Assembly: GCA_965199935.1 (NCBI GenBank)
Contig: CBDATD010000001.1
Span: 491,097 to 555,096 of the forward strand
Source of the DNA: Bdellovibrionales bacterium
Lineage (GTDB): Bacteria > Bdellovibrionota > Bdellovibrionia > Bdellovibrionales > UBA1609
DNA: 64,000 nt
Reading direction: 5' to 3'
Part shown: piece after piece, positions 11,030-20,239 of the stretch
How positions within the stretch are numbered: the first letter of the stretch is position 1
Layout: every line of letters starts with the position of its first letter
Notes under the pieces: model-generated
Database searches by the model: none
Told to the model about the DNA's origin: nothing
What the model saw: only the letters and a program-made list of their open reading frames with translations
Position numbers and translations under genes: made by a program

Positions 11030-11936
11030 AGCATTGTTATTTGTTTTTTTAATCTTTAGTTCGCCGCCGGTTTTTTCTAAAGAGGAGAAGTCAAAGACGG
11101 AAGCTGGAGCTCCTTGTCTGGATCAAAATTGTCCTTCCATTGAGGGATCTCTTCAAACACTGCAGGAAACGACCAGCGATCAAATGTGCAAAGCCACGCA
11201 AAGCAAACCAGAGTGCAAAGGAATAAAAAAAGATCACTTGAAGGGATGCTCCTCATCTAATATTGCTGTTACAGCAGGAAAAGGAGCCTTACAATGCGTA
11301 TTAGGTGTATTCACTGGAATTCTAATGTTTCTTACATCTACATACAAAGGTATAAAGTCAGTATTTTCCGATGATGAAGACCCAGGGATGAAAGCTTACC
11401 TTCATGCAGAATTTGAATCTGCCAGTCAAGATTCTGGGACAGTATCAGCTTCTCTTGAAACAACTAAGGCCTTTTTTGGATTGCTCTTCAGTTCAATGGG
11501 AGATGTGTATTCTTGTTTAAATCCTATAGGTCTTTCTAAGAAAATGTGTGCATTCATCACCACTGGAGGGATAATCGGCATTTTCGCAGGAACAGCAGTA
11601 GCAGCACACACGCCGACTATTGGTGTGGGCACCATAATGTTAGGGACCGGCCTTGCCGTAGGATATGGATTTGGCAAGGTATTTGATCCCGACCTGTCCG
11701 GTTCTGCAGGTTTTCTTGCAAGTCTGGTCTCAATACGTTTTGCGATCAACAAGAAAGGAAAAATGATTAAACTTTTAAAAGCGAATTCGGCATTGGGTAA
11801 ACCATTGGGCCTTACAATCGGCGTCCTTCTCGGAACGGCTGGTGGAGCGGCTGCTCATGATAAACAGGTGCAGGAACGCATCAAGGAAAAGATAAAAATC
11901 AAAATTAGAGAGTTTGAAGAACAAGAAGAAAGGTAG
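11013..11936 (+). CDS. Hypothetical Cys-rich membrane protein
   Basis: The GTG start overlaps the previous ORF by 17 nt. It has a signal peptide, a Cys-rich segment, Gly-zipper transmembrane (TM) helices (GGIIGIFAGTAVAA ..) and a charged KEKIKIKIREFEEQEE tail. Confidence 0.6.
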   Translation: MNQGHRALLFVFLIFSSPPVFSKEEKSKTEAGAPCLDQNCPSIEGSLQTLQETTSDQMCKATQSKPECKGIKKDHLKGCSSSNIAVTAGKGALQCVLGVFTGILMFLTSTYKGIKSVFSDDEDPGMKAYLHAEFESASQDSGTVSASLETTKAFFGLLFSSMGDVYSCLNPIGLSKKMCAFITTGGIIGIFAGTAVAAHTPTIGVGTIMLGTGLAVGYGFGKVFDPDLSGSAGFLASLVSIRFAINKKGKMIKLLKANSALGKPLGLTIGVLLGTAGGAAAHDKQVQERIKEKIKIKIREFEEQEER

Positions 11937-11938
11937 AT

Positions 11939-12517
11939 CTAGCCGGCAGAGAGGATTTGTATAAGAGCAAGAAGAAAAGTGTCTTTAAGATATCCTATAT
12001 AACTCAAAGAGCGGCACTGCATGGGCTGTCCTGCATAAGCGTAAGAAAAATTTCCTTTTTTTACGGGCTTTACAGAAAGATATTTTAAAACTTCAGGGTT
12101 TCTATTGTATTCAAGAAGGGTCTGTTTTGAAAAAGGGATTTGATATGCATATTCAAAATCTTTAGTGGACATATTATGATAAGCTAAGTATTTAGTGAAT
12201 GTTTTTTGAGATAAATTCATCTCAAGTATTATGAACTGCAAAGTGTTGCTTTTGTGGCGGCTTAGAAAGCGGTCTTTATAAACAGCTATAATCTTATTAG
12301 GTTCATTGTATGTTTTTAACAAAGGCTTGTCGCTTCTCACGTAAGTGTTGAGTGTGTTTCCGGAAGGTGTTACAGAAATTTCAATAATCCTGTCAAAGGC
12401 GGACATTCTTTGATCTGAATAGGAATGGCAGTAATAATAATGACTTTCTTTTTTTGCAGAAAAACCAAAATTCAGAAAAAAAATAATGCTGAATAAAAAA
12501 TAAAATTTAAAATGCAT
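11939..12517 (-). CDS. Hypothetical secreted protein
   Basis: 192-aa ORF with a hydrophobic N-terminal signal (MHFKFYFLFSIIFFLNFGFSA). I recognise no family. Confidence 0.5.
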   Translation of the reverse strand: MHFKFYFLFSIIFFLNFGFSAKKESHYYYCHSYSDQRMSAFDRIIEISVTPSGNTLNTYVRSDKPLLKTYNEPNKIIAVYKDRFLSRHKSNTLQFIILEMNLSQKTFTKYLAYHNMSTKDFEYAYQIPFSKQTLLEYNRNPEVLKYLSVKPVKKGNFSYAYAGQPMQCRSLSYIGYLKDTFLLALIQILSAG

Positions 12518-12760
12518 ACACCCGCCCTATCCAAGATTGTATAGACAGCTAAAAAAACGCCGGCAATTCTGCATAATACTCCAATCCCATAAATTTGGAA
12601 ACAAAAAAAGAAAAATGACCATAAATTACTGCAAACTAAAGATTTATGATACACCCCTACTACACTAGGGGAAGTTTATTTCTAAATGAATGCTTTCAGT
12701 TGATTTTGTTTAAATGTATAGACCGGCTGACGAAAAAAGAACACTAAATTCAACCCATTT

Positions 12761-13735
12761 TCAAATGGAAGGCTCCGTCTGTCTTACAACAGACTTCGAA
12801 TGCTCTTTTTCTGCTTTTGCGAAATGCAGTCTTTGGACAGCAATGTCAATGTATTGTTTATTAATTTCTACACCTATAAATTTTCTTCCCAACTCTTTGC
12901 AGGCCACAGCTGTTGTTCCGCTTCCCATAAAAGGATCCAACACAATGCTTTTTCTCTTTGTCGTTAAACTAATGAGGTATTTAAAAAGTGATAAGGGCTT
13001 CACTGTTTTATGGTGGTTAAAGGGGCCTTTTTCATCTTTTTTTGGTTTGTCCACTAAAAAAACTTTATCTATTTTGTGATGAATTAATTGATCTGTCATA
13101 GCATTGGATACAAACATATCTTTGTGCAATCCTTGTTTGACGTTTGCATTGATCAAAGAAACGTTGTATTTCATCGTATTGTTCAAATAGGTCCCTTCTG
13201 TTGGTTTTTGAGCCATGACGATAGGCTCGTAACAGGATTTTACTTGAGGAGTCTTCCACCCCTTGAATCGACTGTTGAGCTCTTCTTTCTCTTTTCTAGA
13301 TATATCCATTTTGTTAATAAAATGGTGAAGACTCATTGCTTTAGGCTGATTCTGCATATAAAGCCATATAAAACAATCTCTAATCTCAAACTCAGCATCG
13401 TCCACAGCACAAGCCATCCTATGATAAAGTCTTGGACTGGAAAATGAAAAGAAAAATCCTCCCGGCTTTAAAAGCCTAAAAATTTCCTTTGATATTTTAA
13501 GATACCATGAATAAAAAAACACTCCCTGCTCTTTATCAAATTTCATACCTGCCGGTAAATGCTTGATTGCATAAGGGTTCTCAGGGCTTTTTACTTTATC
13601 AGCATTCCAATTGTGATCCATTTTATCCAGAAAATAAGGAGGGTCTGTGAGTACAACATCTATGGAATTTTTCTTTAATTTTGATAAAACATCCCAGGCA
13701 GAACCATGAATAATTTGATTAATATACTTCTTCAT
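12761..13735 (-). CDS. DNA methyltransferase, beta-class, probably N6-adenine
   Basis: Motif IV TDPPY lies near the N-terminus and motif I FMGSGTT near the C-terminus, which is the beta-class permuted order. No nuclease-like neighbour. Confidence 0.85.
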   Translation of the reverse strand: MKKYINQIIHGSAWDVLSKLKKNSIDVVLTDPPYFLDKMDHNWNADKVKSPENPYAIKHLPAGMKFDKEQGVFFYSWYLKISKEIFRLLKPGGFFFSFSSPRLYHRMACAVDDAEFEIRDCFIWLYMQNQPKAMSLHHFINKMDISRKEKEELNSRFKGWKTPQVKSCYEPIVMAQKPTEGTYLNNTMKYNVSLINANVKQGLHKDMFVSNAMTDQLIHHKIDKVFLVDKPKKDEKGPFNHHKTVKPLSLFKYLISLTTKRKSIVLDPFMGSGTTAVACKELGRKFIGVEINKQYIDIAVQRLHFAKAEKEHSKSVVRQTEPSI

Positions 13736-13926
13736 TTTTTAGTTGTTCATACAAGATACGCAACATCACAAACCAAATATGAAACAGTCTGTACTGTAAA
13801 GCTATTAAAATGGAATATTTCTGCTTTGCATTAAGGCCCTTGTTTTTCATAGACAAACAAAATTCTTAACTGCTTTCTATAGTCTGACCCCTGCTTTGTA
13901 GTATAGTTTTTTTCAGGAGAAAGTCG

Positions 13927-15408
13927 ATGTCTGAATGGACGCCCTTAGCTGATTCTATCCAAATGACTGAAATAGACCGGTTGGCCGAAAAACAATATCA
14001 AATCAAGCCTGAAACTTTAATGGAATCTGCAGGAGCCGCAGCTGCAAAAAAAATTAACTCCTCCAATAAATTCAACACCCAGCAAGTAATGATTTTATGC
14101 GGCCCCGGAAACAATGGAGGAGACGGGCTGACTGCCGCCGGATGTCTGCTGTCTTCAGGAATCAAAACAATCATTTTTTGTCCTCACAACTCAAAATCCC
14201 CTCTAGTCCAAAAACAAAAGGAAAAACTTAAAAACCACGCTCTTTATTTGATTGAAGATTTAGAAAAAATTAAAAAGATCGGCGGTCAGTCCACTTTAAT
14301 TGTCGATGCTCTCTTTGGCATTGGACTTTCTAAAAATATAGAAGGATTTTATTTCAAAATCATTGAATGGATGAACGAATCCAAGAAGCAAATAATATCT
14401 TTAGATGCGCCCTCCGGCTTGGACTGCAGTACCGGTCAAACCAGAGGCATTGCTGTAAAAGCCTGCTGTACTTTCAGCTTTGGCCTCGCCAAAGCAGGAT
14501 TTTATCTTTCCAAGGGGCCTTCCCACACAGGACAAATCAGCGTTCTCCCTATTGGTTTCCCTAAAGAGCTTATTTCAAAACAAGCTCAATCTTATTTTCT
14601 CATTAGTGAGTCTTGGATTTCTTCAAAACTTCCCCAAAGAAAATCCGATGACCACAAGGCCAAGCAGGGGCATCTTTTAGTTTTAGCCGGACAGGCAGGT
14701 TTTTGGGGGGCCGGCCGGCTCGCCTCCCTCTCTGCTTATCGAATGGGTGCAGGGTATGTCACTTGGGCTGGAAAAGGAGAACATCCCCCTTTAGATCATG
14801 CCCCTGAAGTTTTAACAAAGAGCATATCCGACAAAGACCTTTTTGAAAATAAAACAGCTGTTGTGATAGGGCCGGGTTTGGGCGTCAATCCTGAAACTAA
14901 AAAACTTCTTTTAGAATTAAAAACAAAGGATCTGCCAGTGCTTGTAGATGCAGACGCATTTACTGTCTGTGTCCAAGAAAATCTTTTCCCTCTTCCCTCT
15001 CATTGGATCGCCACCCCCCATAGCGGCGAGTTAGCAAGACTCTTTAAAGTCAAAGGAGCAGATATTGACCAAGACCGTCTCTCATTTGCTCAAAAAGCTT
15101 TCCAAAAGATAGGAGCTTTGGTTTTACTTAAAGGACTGCACTCTATTTTAGTTCATCAGGGCAAATGTTTTATTGTCCCTGTAGGAAACTCCGCTTTAGC
15201 AAAGGCAGGCACTGGAGATGTTTTATCAGGCTTTATTGGGGGCTTAATGGCCCGCTCTCTTTCCCCTTTCACAGCTGGAGCTGTAGGTTCATTTATACAC
15301 GGAAAGCTTGCCGATGAATGGGTGCGGTCTGGAAGAGATGCTGATACTTTGATGGCTCAGGATTTAAAAGATCTGCTGCCCTTCATCCTAACAAAACTCC
15401 GCAAATAA
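13927..15408 (+). CDS. nnr: Bifunctional NAD(P)H-hydrate repair enzyme (epimerase/dehydratase)
   Basis: A YjeF_N part (GPGNNGGDG) is fused to a YjeF_C part (AGTGDVLSG). The SD AGGAGA lies upstream. Confidence 0.9.
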   Translation: MSEWTPLADSIQMTEIDRLAEKQYQIKPETLMESAGAAAAKKINSSNKFNTQQVMILCGPGNNGGDGLTAAGCLLSSGIKTIIFCPHNSKSPLVQKQKEKLKNHALYLIEDLEKIKKIGGQSTLIVDALFGIGLSKNIEGFYFKIIEWMNESKKQIISLDAPSGLDCSTGQTRGIAVKACCTFSFGLAKAGFYLSKGPSHTGQISVLPIGFPKELISKQAQSYFLISESWISSKLPQRKSDDHKAKQGHLLVLAGQAGFWGAGRLASLSAYRMGAGYVTWAGKGEHPPLDHAPEVLTKSISDKDLFENKTAVVIGPGLGVNPETKKLLLELKTKDLPVLVDADAFTVCVQENLFPLPSHWIATPHSGELARLFKVKGADIDQDRLSFAQKAFQKIGALVLLKGLHSILVHQGKCFIVPVGNSALAKAGTGDVLSGFIGGLMARSLSPFTAGAVGSFIHGKLADEWVRSGRDADTLMAQDLKDLLPFILTKLRK

Positions 15409-16435
15409 CTTGGAGGCTGTGAGGGTCGTAAAACTGTTTTATATTATCTTCCAGCTCCCTTTTTTTCTTTCCGTGAATGCCCATAATTTTTTCAAACAAC
15501 AAAGAGCTTGTTAAATTTTCCTCTAAAATCATCTCGACAGCCTTTTTTTCAAATAAGCTTTGAGCGTTTTTTACTTGATGATGATCTGAAGAAGAGGAAA
15601 GAGGAATAACAATCACAGCTTTGCCGCAGGCTGAAAGCTCTGCCAAAGTGACAGCTCCCGCTCGAGCAATCACCACGTCAGCCCACTGATAACAATCCCC
15701 CATATCTTCATAGAAGGAAGAACACTCCACACGCCCTTTATAAACAGATTGAATAGATTTCAAATCTTTTTCACCTGTTTGATGGCGGATCTTCCAAGTT
15801 TCCATTTTCTGCTTGCTGTACATATCTACAACAACTTGATTGATCGTATGAGAGCCTTGACTGCCTCCTAAAACTAACAAATGAGAGTATCCATCCGGCT
15901 CTCTTTTTTGAGAGCCTTTTTTTTGAATGTCTTTTCGAACAGGAAAAGAAACAAACCGTCTCTTCTTTTTTGGAAAATATTTTTCAGAAGACAAAAATCC
16001 CATTAAAATGTCTTTAACAAAAAAAGATAATATTTTGTTTGCAAAACCCGGGATGGCATTCAACTCCCAAATGACAGTGGGACGCCTTAACAAACACGCT
16101 GTCAACAAAACAGGGCCGCTCACAGCTCCGCCGCAGCCAATCACTTGATCCGGCCTCACTTTAAGAATAATGCGGCAGGCTTGAATGAAAGAATAGGGAA
16201 GAAACAACAAGGTTTTAAGCCGCTCTAAAAAATGTACATTTTGCCTCAACCGGCCTATACGCAAAATAGATAACGGAAAATTAGATAAAAATATTTTTTC
16301 CATTTTACTTCCAGAACTGACAAAATGAATATGATGACCTTGATTTTTAAGCTCTTCTGCAACTGCCAAAAGTGGAAAAATATGTCCGCCTGTGGAACCC
16401 GCAGACATCAAAAATCTTTTTCTATCTTTGGACAT
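15383..16435 (-). CDS. murG: UDP-GlcNAc:lipid I GlcNAc transferase
   Basis: The STGGHIFP glycine loop is present. The ORF is open to 16465, but MSKDRKRFLMSAGSTGGH from the ATG at 16435 fits MurG N-termini. Confidence 0.85.
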   Translation of the reverse strand: MSKDRKRFLMSAGSTGGHIFPLLAVAEELKNQGHHIHFVSSGSKMEKIFLSNFPLSILRIGRLRQNVHFLERLKTLLFLPYSFIQACRIILKVRPDQVIGCGGAVSGPVLLTACLLRRPTVIWELNAIPGFANKILSFFVKDILMGFLSSEKYFPKKKRRFVSFPVRKDIQKKGSQKREPDGYSHLLVLGGSQGSHTINQVVVDMYSKQKMETWKIRHQTGEKDLKSIQSVYKGRVECSSFYEDMGDCYQWADVVIARAGAVTLAELSACGKAVIVIPLSSSSDHHQVKNAQSLFEKKAVEMILEENLTSSLLFEKIMGIHGKKKRELEDNIKQFYDPHSLQVICGVLLG

Positions 16436-17516
16436 TTGAGTTCTCAATTTGCACAACCCAGGCAAAACTTAAAAGAGCGCAAAGCAAAGCATTGCCTCCA
16501 TAACTTAAGAAAGGCAAAACCAAGCCTGTAGGAGGGAGCATTCCTAAATTCACGCCAAAATGCACCACTACAGCTGTTAGAAATAAAAAAACCATACTGA
16601 AAACTGTAATTTTTTTCGATAATTCTTCCGTGTGAAATGCCACTTTCATTCCCAAATAACCCAGGCAGGCATAAAGAAAAAGTACAAAAGAAAAGCCGAT
16701 AAAGCCCATTTCTTCTCCTAGCACCGCTAACGTAAAATCTGTATGCGCTTCAGGAAGAAAAAATAATTTGCTTTGACCTTGACCCAAACCCCGCCCCCAA
16801 AATCCTCCAGAATGAAAACTCAGTAAACTTTGTATAATTTGAAAGCCAATACCCAAAGGGTCCTGCCATGGATCTAAGAAAGCCTGCATACGCGCCACAC
16901 GATATTCCCTTAGAGTGATTAAAAAATAAAGCAAGCCAAAAGAGCCTGCCAAAAAACCAATGGCATACCTCCATCTCAAGCCCAATATAAAAAATAGAGA
17001 AAAAATAAGGCTTAGAAATAACACCACTGTGCCAAAATCCGGCTGACTCATTAAAATCAATATAGGAAGAATAATGGAAGAACCTACCATCAACCAATAA
17101 AGATGTGTGTGCAGAGGCCATTTTTCTTTGAGAGCCAAAAAATAAACAAAAGCAAAGGGGCAGGTAAGTTTAAACCACTCCGAAGGCTGCAGCCGCAAAC
17201 CAAAAGGCATTTGAATCCACCTTCTGGACCCTCCTGCAGACACTGAAACCTCCGGAATAAGAGTTAAAACCAATCCCAAAACAGAAAGAAAAAAGAGGCT
17301 GATGCCGATAAAACGACTTTGTGCCCAAGAGAGATGTACAATAATAAAAAAACCAATAAAACCAATAACTGTAAACAAACACTGCTTCTTAAAAAATAAA
17401 AGTCCTTGTTCAAAAGTTTCTGTTGCAAAAATATAACTAGAGCTATAGACTTGAACCAGCCCTAATCCTGATAGAAACACAATGAGCAGTAATATTTTTT
17501 GACTCAAAGGGTTCAT
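16422..17516 (-). CDS. ftsW: SEDS-family peptidoglycan polymerase (FtsW-like)
   Basis: About 10 TM helices and the motif PEAHTDFTLAVLGEEMGFIG. It sits immediately upstream of murG. Confidence 0.8.
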   Translation of the reverse strand: MNPLSQKILLLIVFLSGLGLVQVYSSSYIFATETFEQGLLFFKKQCLFTVIGFIGFFIIVHLSWAQSRFIGISLFFLSVLGLVLTLIPEVSVSAGGSRRWIQMPFGLRLQPSEWFKLTCPFAFVYFLALKEKWPLHTHLYWLMVGSSIILPILILMSQPDFGTVVLFLSLIFSLFFILGLRWRYAIGFLAGSFGLLYFLITLREYRVARMQAFLDPWQDPLGIGFQIIQSLLSFHSGGFWGRGLGQGQSKLFFLPEAHTDFTLAVLGEEMGFIGFSFVLFLYACLGYLGMKVAFHTEELSKKITVFSMVFLFLTAVVVHFGVNLGMLPPTGLVLPFLSYGGNALLCALLSFAWVVQIENSNVQR

Positions 17517-20239
17517 TTTTGAAACTTCTCCAATGAAGAATATAAACCCTCTAACAATTTTCTAAGAGACTCTGCCCGGTTCCTTTTTTCTTTTTTAATT
17601 TTTTCAGGCACCTTTTCATTAAAAGAAGATATTTGAGAATTAAGTTGATGTAAATCTTCTTCATATTTTTTTACTTGCTTTCGAAGCCTTCTCTTTTCAC
17701 TCTCAATATCCACCAAACCTTCTAAAGGAACAATAACTTTAACGCCTGAAGACAGACCTAAATGTGCAGAGGAAGAATCTTTCATTTTCATAACGGCGCT
17801 TGGACGGGGATTTTCTTTATGAACTAGTTTTAAACTTTTTAATTTTTCTAAAAATAAAATATTAGATAGAGAACTTTTAAGAGTTTCTCTTATTTTCTTT
17901 AAATCTTGAAAATTTTCCACACACATTTCTACGTCTATTTGAACCGAAGGCTTGATATTGTTTTCACCTTTTAGTGTTCGAATGGCAGAAGACATATCCT
18001 TAATAAAAAGAGCTGGACCCTCTTTGAAAGACCCCGCTAACGAAAGAGGCTCTCCCTTAGGATAGGCTTCCAGCATAATGCTTTTTTGATTTTTTATCGG
18101 CCAGCAACTGTAAATTTCTTCTGTGATAAAGGGAATAAAAGGGTGAAACATCCTCAACAACCGATTTAAAACATAGCAAAGCACATAATAACCTGCGGAA
18201 AGCTTTTGAGAGTTCTCCAAAGACTCTTCTCCGGCCTTCCAAAGGATGTCTTGATTTTCAATTTTTTCTGAAAAAGTTTTTCCGTAGAGATCGGAGCGAA
18301 CCCATTCCAAATACCAATCACAAAAATCAAACCAAGTAAAACGATAGAGCTTCATACAAGCCGAAGAAAACTTATACTCATTTAGATCTTTGTTCAATTC
18401 TTTTTCAATTTTTTCTAATTTTTGAAGAACCCATTTATCCATCAGAGAGAATTCATTAGGAAGACTTAATTCTATTTTAAAATTTTGATGGACAAAACGA
18501 GCTGAATTCCAAAGTTTATTAATAAAGTTGCGGCAAATTTTTAAGTACTGTCTTGAAAAACGAACATCCCTTCCTTTCACATGAGAATTCAACAAGCAAA
18601 GTCTCAAAGCATCAGCCCCAGATTCTTCAATTAAATCAATAGGATCCTCTCCATTTCCTAAGGTTTTAGACATTTTTTTCCCCTGATGATCCCGTACAAC
18701 TCCATGCAGATAAACATGACGAAAAGGCACCTGATTTTGAAATTCCAAACTCATCATCACCATACGAGCCACCCAAAAAAATAAAATATCCGGAGCCGTC
18801 ACTAAAACTGAAGTGGGATAATGACCATTGTTGATATTTTTATCCGGCCAGCCCAAGGTGCTCATTGGCCAGAGAGCCGAACTAAACCAAGTGTCTAAAA
18901 CATCTTCCTCCTGTTGAATATTTTTCCCTGCACAGTGTTCGCATTGATCAGGAGTTGATTCATGCACTGTAAATTGACTGCAATCTGAACAAATCCAACA
19001 AGGAATGCGATGCCCCCACCAGAGTTGCCTTGAAATACACCAATCTTGAATATTCTTCATCCAATGCTCAAAAGTTTTAATCCAATGATCAGGAATAAAT
19101 TCAACTTCTTTTTTTAAGACCTTATCCAGCCCATTTTGAGCCAGCTGATCCATTTTTACAAACCACTGCTGAGATAAAAAGGGCTCCACTACCGCCCCTG
19201 AACGCGAACAAAACCCCACTTGATGCTTGTAAGGCTCCACACTCTCCAAAAGACCTTGATCTCTTAGATCCTGTACTACTTTTTTTCGAGCAGATGAAAC
19301 TTTTAAATTTCGATAAATACCTGCATTTTCATTCAGACAGCCTTTCGCATCTAAAATATTAAAATTCTTCAAATGATGTCTTTGACCTATCTCATAGTCA
19401 TTAAAGTCATGGGCCGGAGTAACTTTTACAGCTCCAGTTCCAAATTCTTTATTGACATAAGAATCGACAATAATAGGAACAAGCCGATGGATCAAAGGTA
19501 AAAAAACTTTTTTTCCATGATATTTTTTATAACGTTCATCCTCTGGGTGTACAGCTACAGCTTGATCCCCCAAAAGAGTTTCCGGACGGGTGGTTGCAAT
19601 CACTACATAGTCCTTTTTATTTTCCAGATAGTAGCGAATATGCCATAAAGAAGAAGATACCTCTCTATGCTCTACTTCCAAATCAGAAATGGCTGAAGAT
19701 AAAGATGGACTCCAATTCACCAGCCGAGTGCCTTTGTAAATCCACCCTTTTTTGTAAAGATGAACGAAAACTTTTTTCACAGCTCTTACAGAGACATCGT
19801 CTAATGTAAAAAGATGTCTCTTCCAATCGCAGGCAGAGCCTAAACGCTTCATTTGATGAACAATACGATTTCCATATTCGTTTTTCCAATCCCAAACTTT
19901 GTCCAGAAATTTTTCTCTTCCAAGCAGATGGCGCGTTTTTTTCTGCTTGGCCAATTCTTTTTCTACTTGCGTTTGAGTGGCAATCCCAGCATGATCTGTT
20001 CCCGGAAGCCACACCGTCTGGTATCCGCTCATTTTCTTCCATCGAATGAGACTGTCCTGAATGGTGTGATTTAAAGCATGACCTAAGTGTAAAGAACCGG
20101 TAATATTTGGAGGAGGCAGGACAATAGAAAAGTGTTTGTTGTTCTCTCCGCCCTGGTTGGAAAAATAGCCCTCTTTCTCCCACTTCGCATAAAGCTTCTG
20201 CTCAATCTCACCAGGAGAATAGCGGTCTGACATTTTCAT
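17513..20239 (-). CDS. valS: Valyl-tRNA synthetase
   Basis: Class I motifs PNITGSLHLGH and KMSKT, plus a C-terminal coiled coil. Confidence 0.95.
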   Translation of the reverse strand: MKMSDRYSPGEIEQKLYAKWEKEGYFSNQGGENNKHFSIVLPPPNITGSLHLGHALNHTIQDSLIRWKKMSGYQTVWLPGTDHAGIATQTQVEKELAKQKKTRHLLGREKFLDKVWDWKNEYGNRIVHQMKRLGSACDWKRHLFTLDDVSVRAVKKVFVHLYKKGWIYKGTRLVNWSPSLSSAISDLEVEHREVSSSLWHIRYYLENKKDYVVIATTRPETLLGDQAVAVHPEDERYKKYHGKKVFLPLIHRLVPIIVDSYVNKEFGTGAVKVTPAHDFNDYEIGQRHHLKNFNILDAKGCLNENAGIYRNLKVSSARKKVVQDLRDQGLLESVEPYKHQVGFCSRSGAVVEPFLSQQWFVKMDQLAQNGLDKVLKKEVEFIPDHWIKTFEHWMKNIQDWCISRQLWWGHRIPCWICSDCSQFTVHESTPDQCEHCAGKNIQQEEDVLDTWFSSALWPMSTLGWPDKNINNGHYPTSVLVTAPDILFFWVARMVMMSLEFQNQVPFRHVYLHGVVRDHQGKKMSKTLGNGEDPIDLIEESGADALRLCLLNSHVKGRDVRFSRQYLKICRNFINKLWNSARFVHQNFKIELSLPNEFSLMDKWVLQKLEKIEKELNKDLNEYKFSSACMKLYRFTWFDFCDWYLEWVRSDLYGKTFSEKIENQDILWKAGEESLENSQKLSAGYYVLCYVLNRLLRMFHPFIPFITEEIYSCWPIKNQKSIMLEAYPKGEPLSLAGSFKEGPALFIKDMSSAIRTLKGENNIKPSVQIDVEMCVENFQDLKKIRETLKSSLSNILFLEKLKSLKLVHKENPRPSAVMKMKDSSSAHLGLSSGVKVIVPLEGLVDIESEKRRLRKQVKKYEEDLHQLNSQISSFNEKVPEKIKKEKRNRAESLRKLLEGLYSSLEKFQK

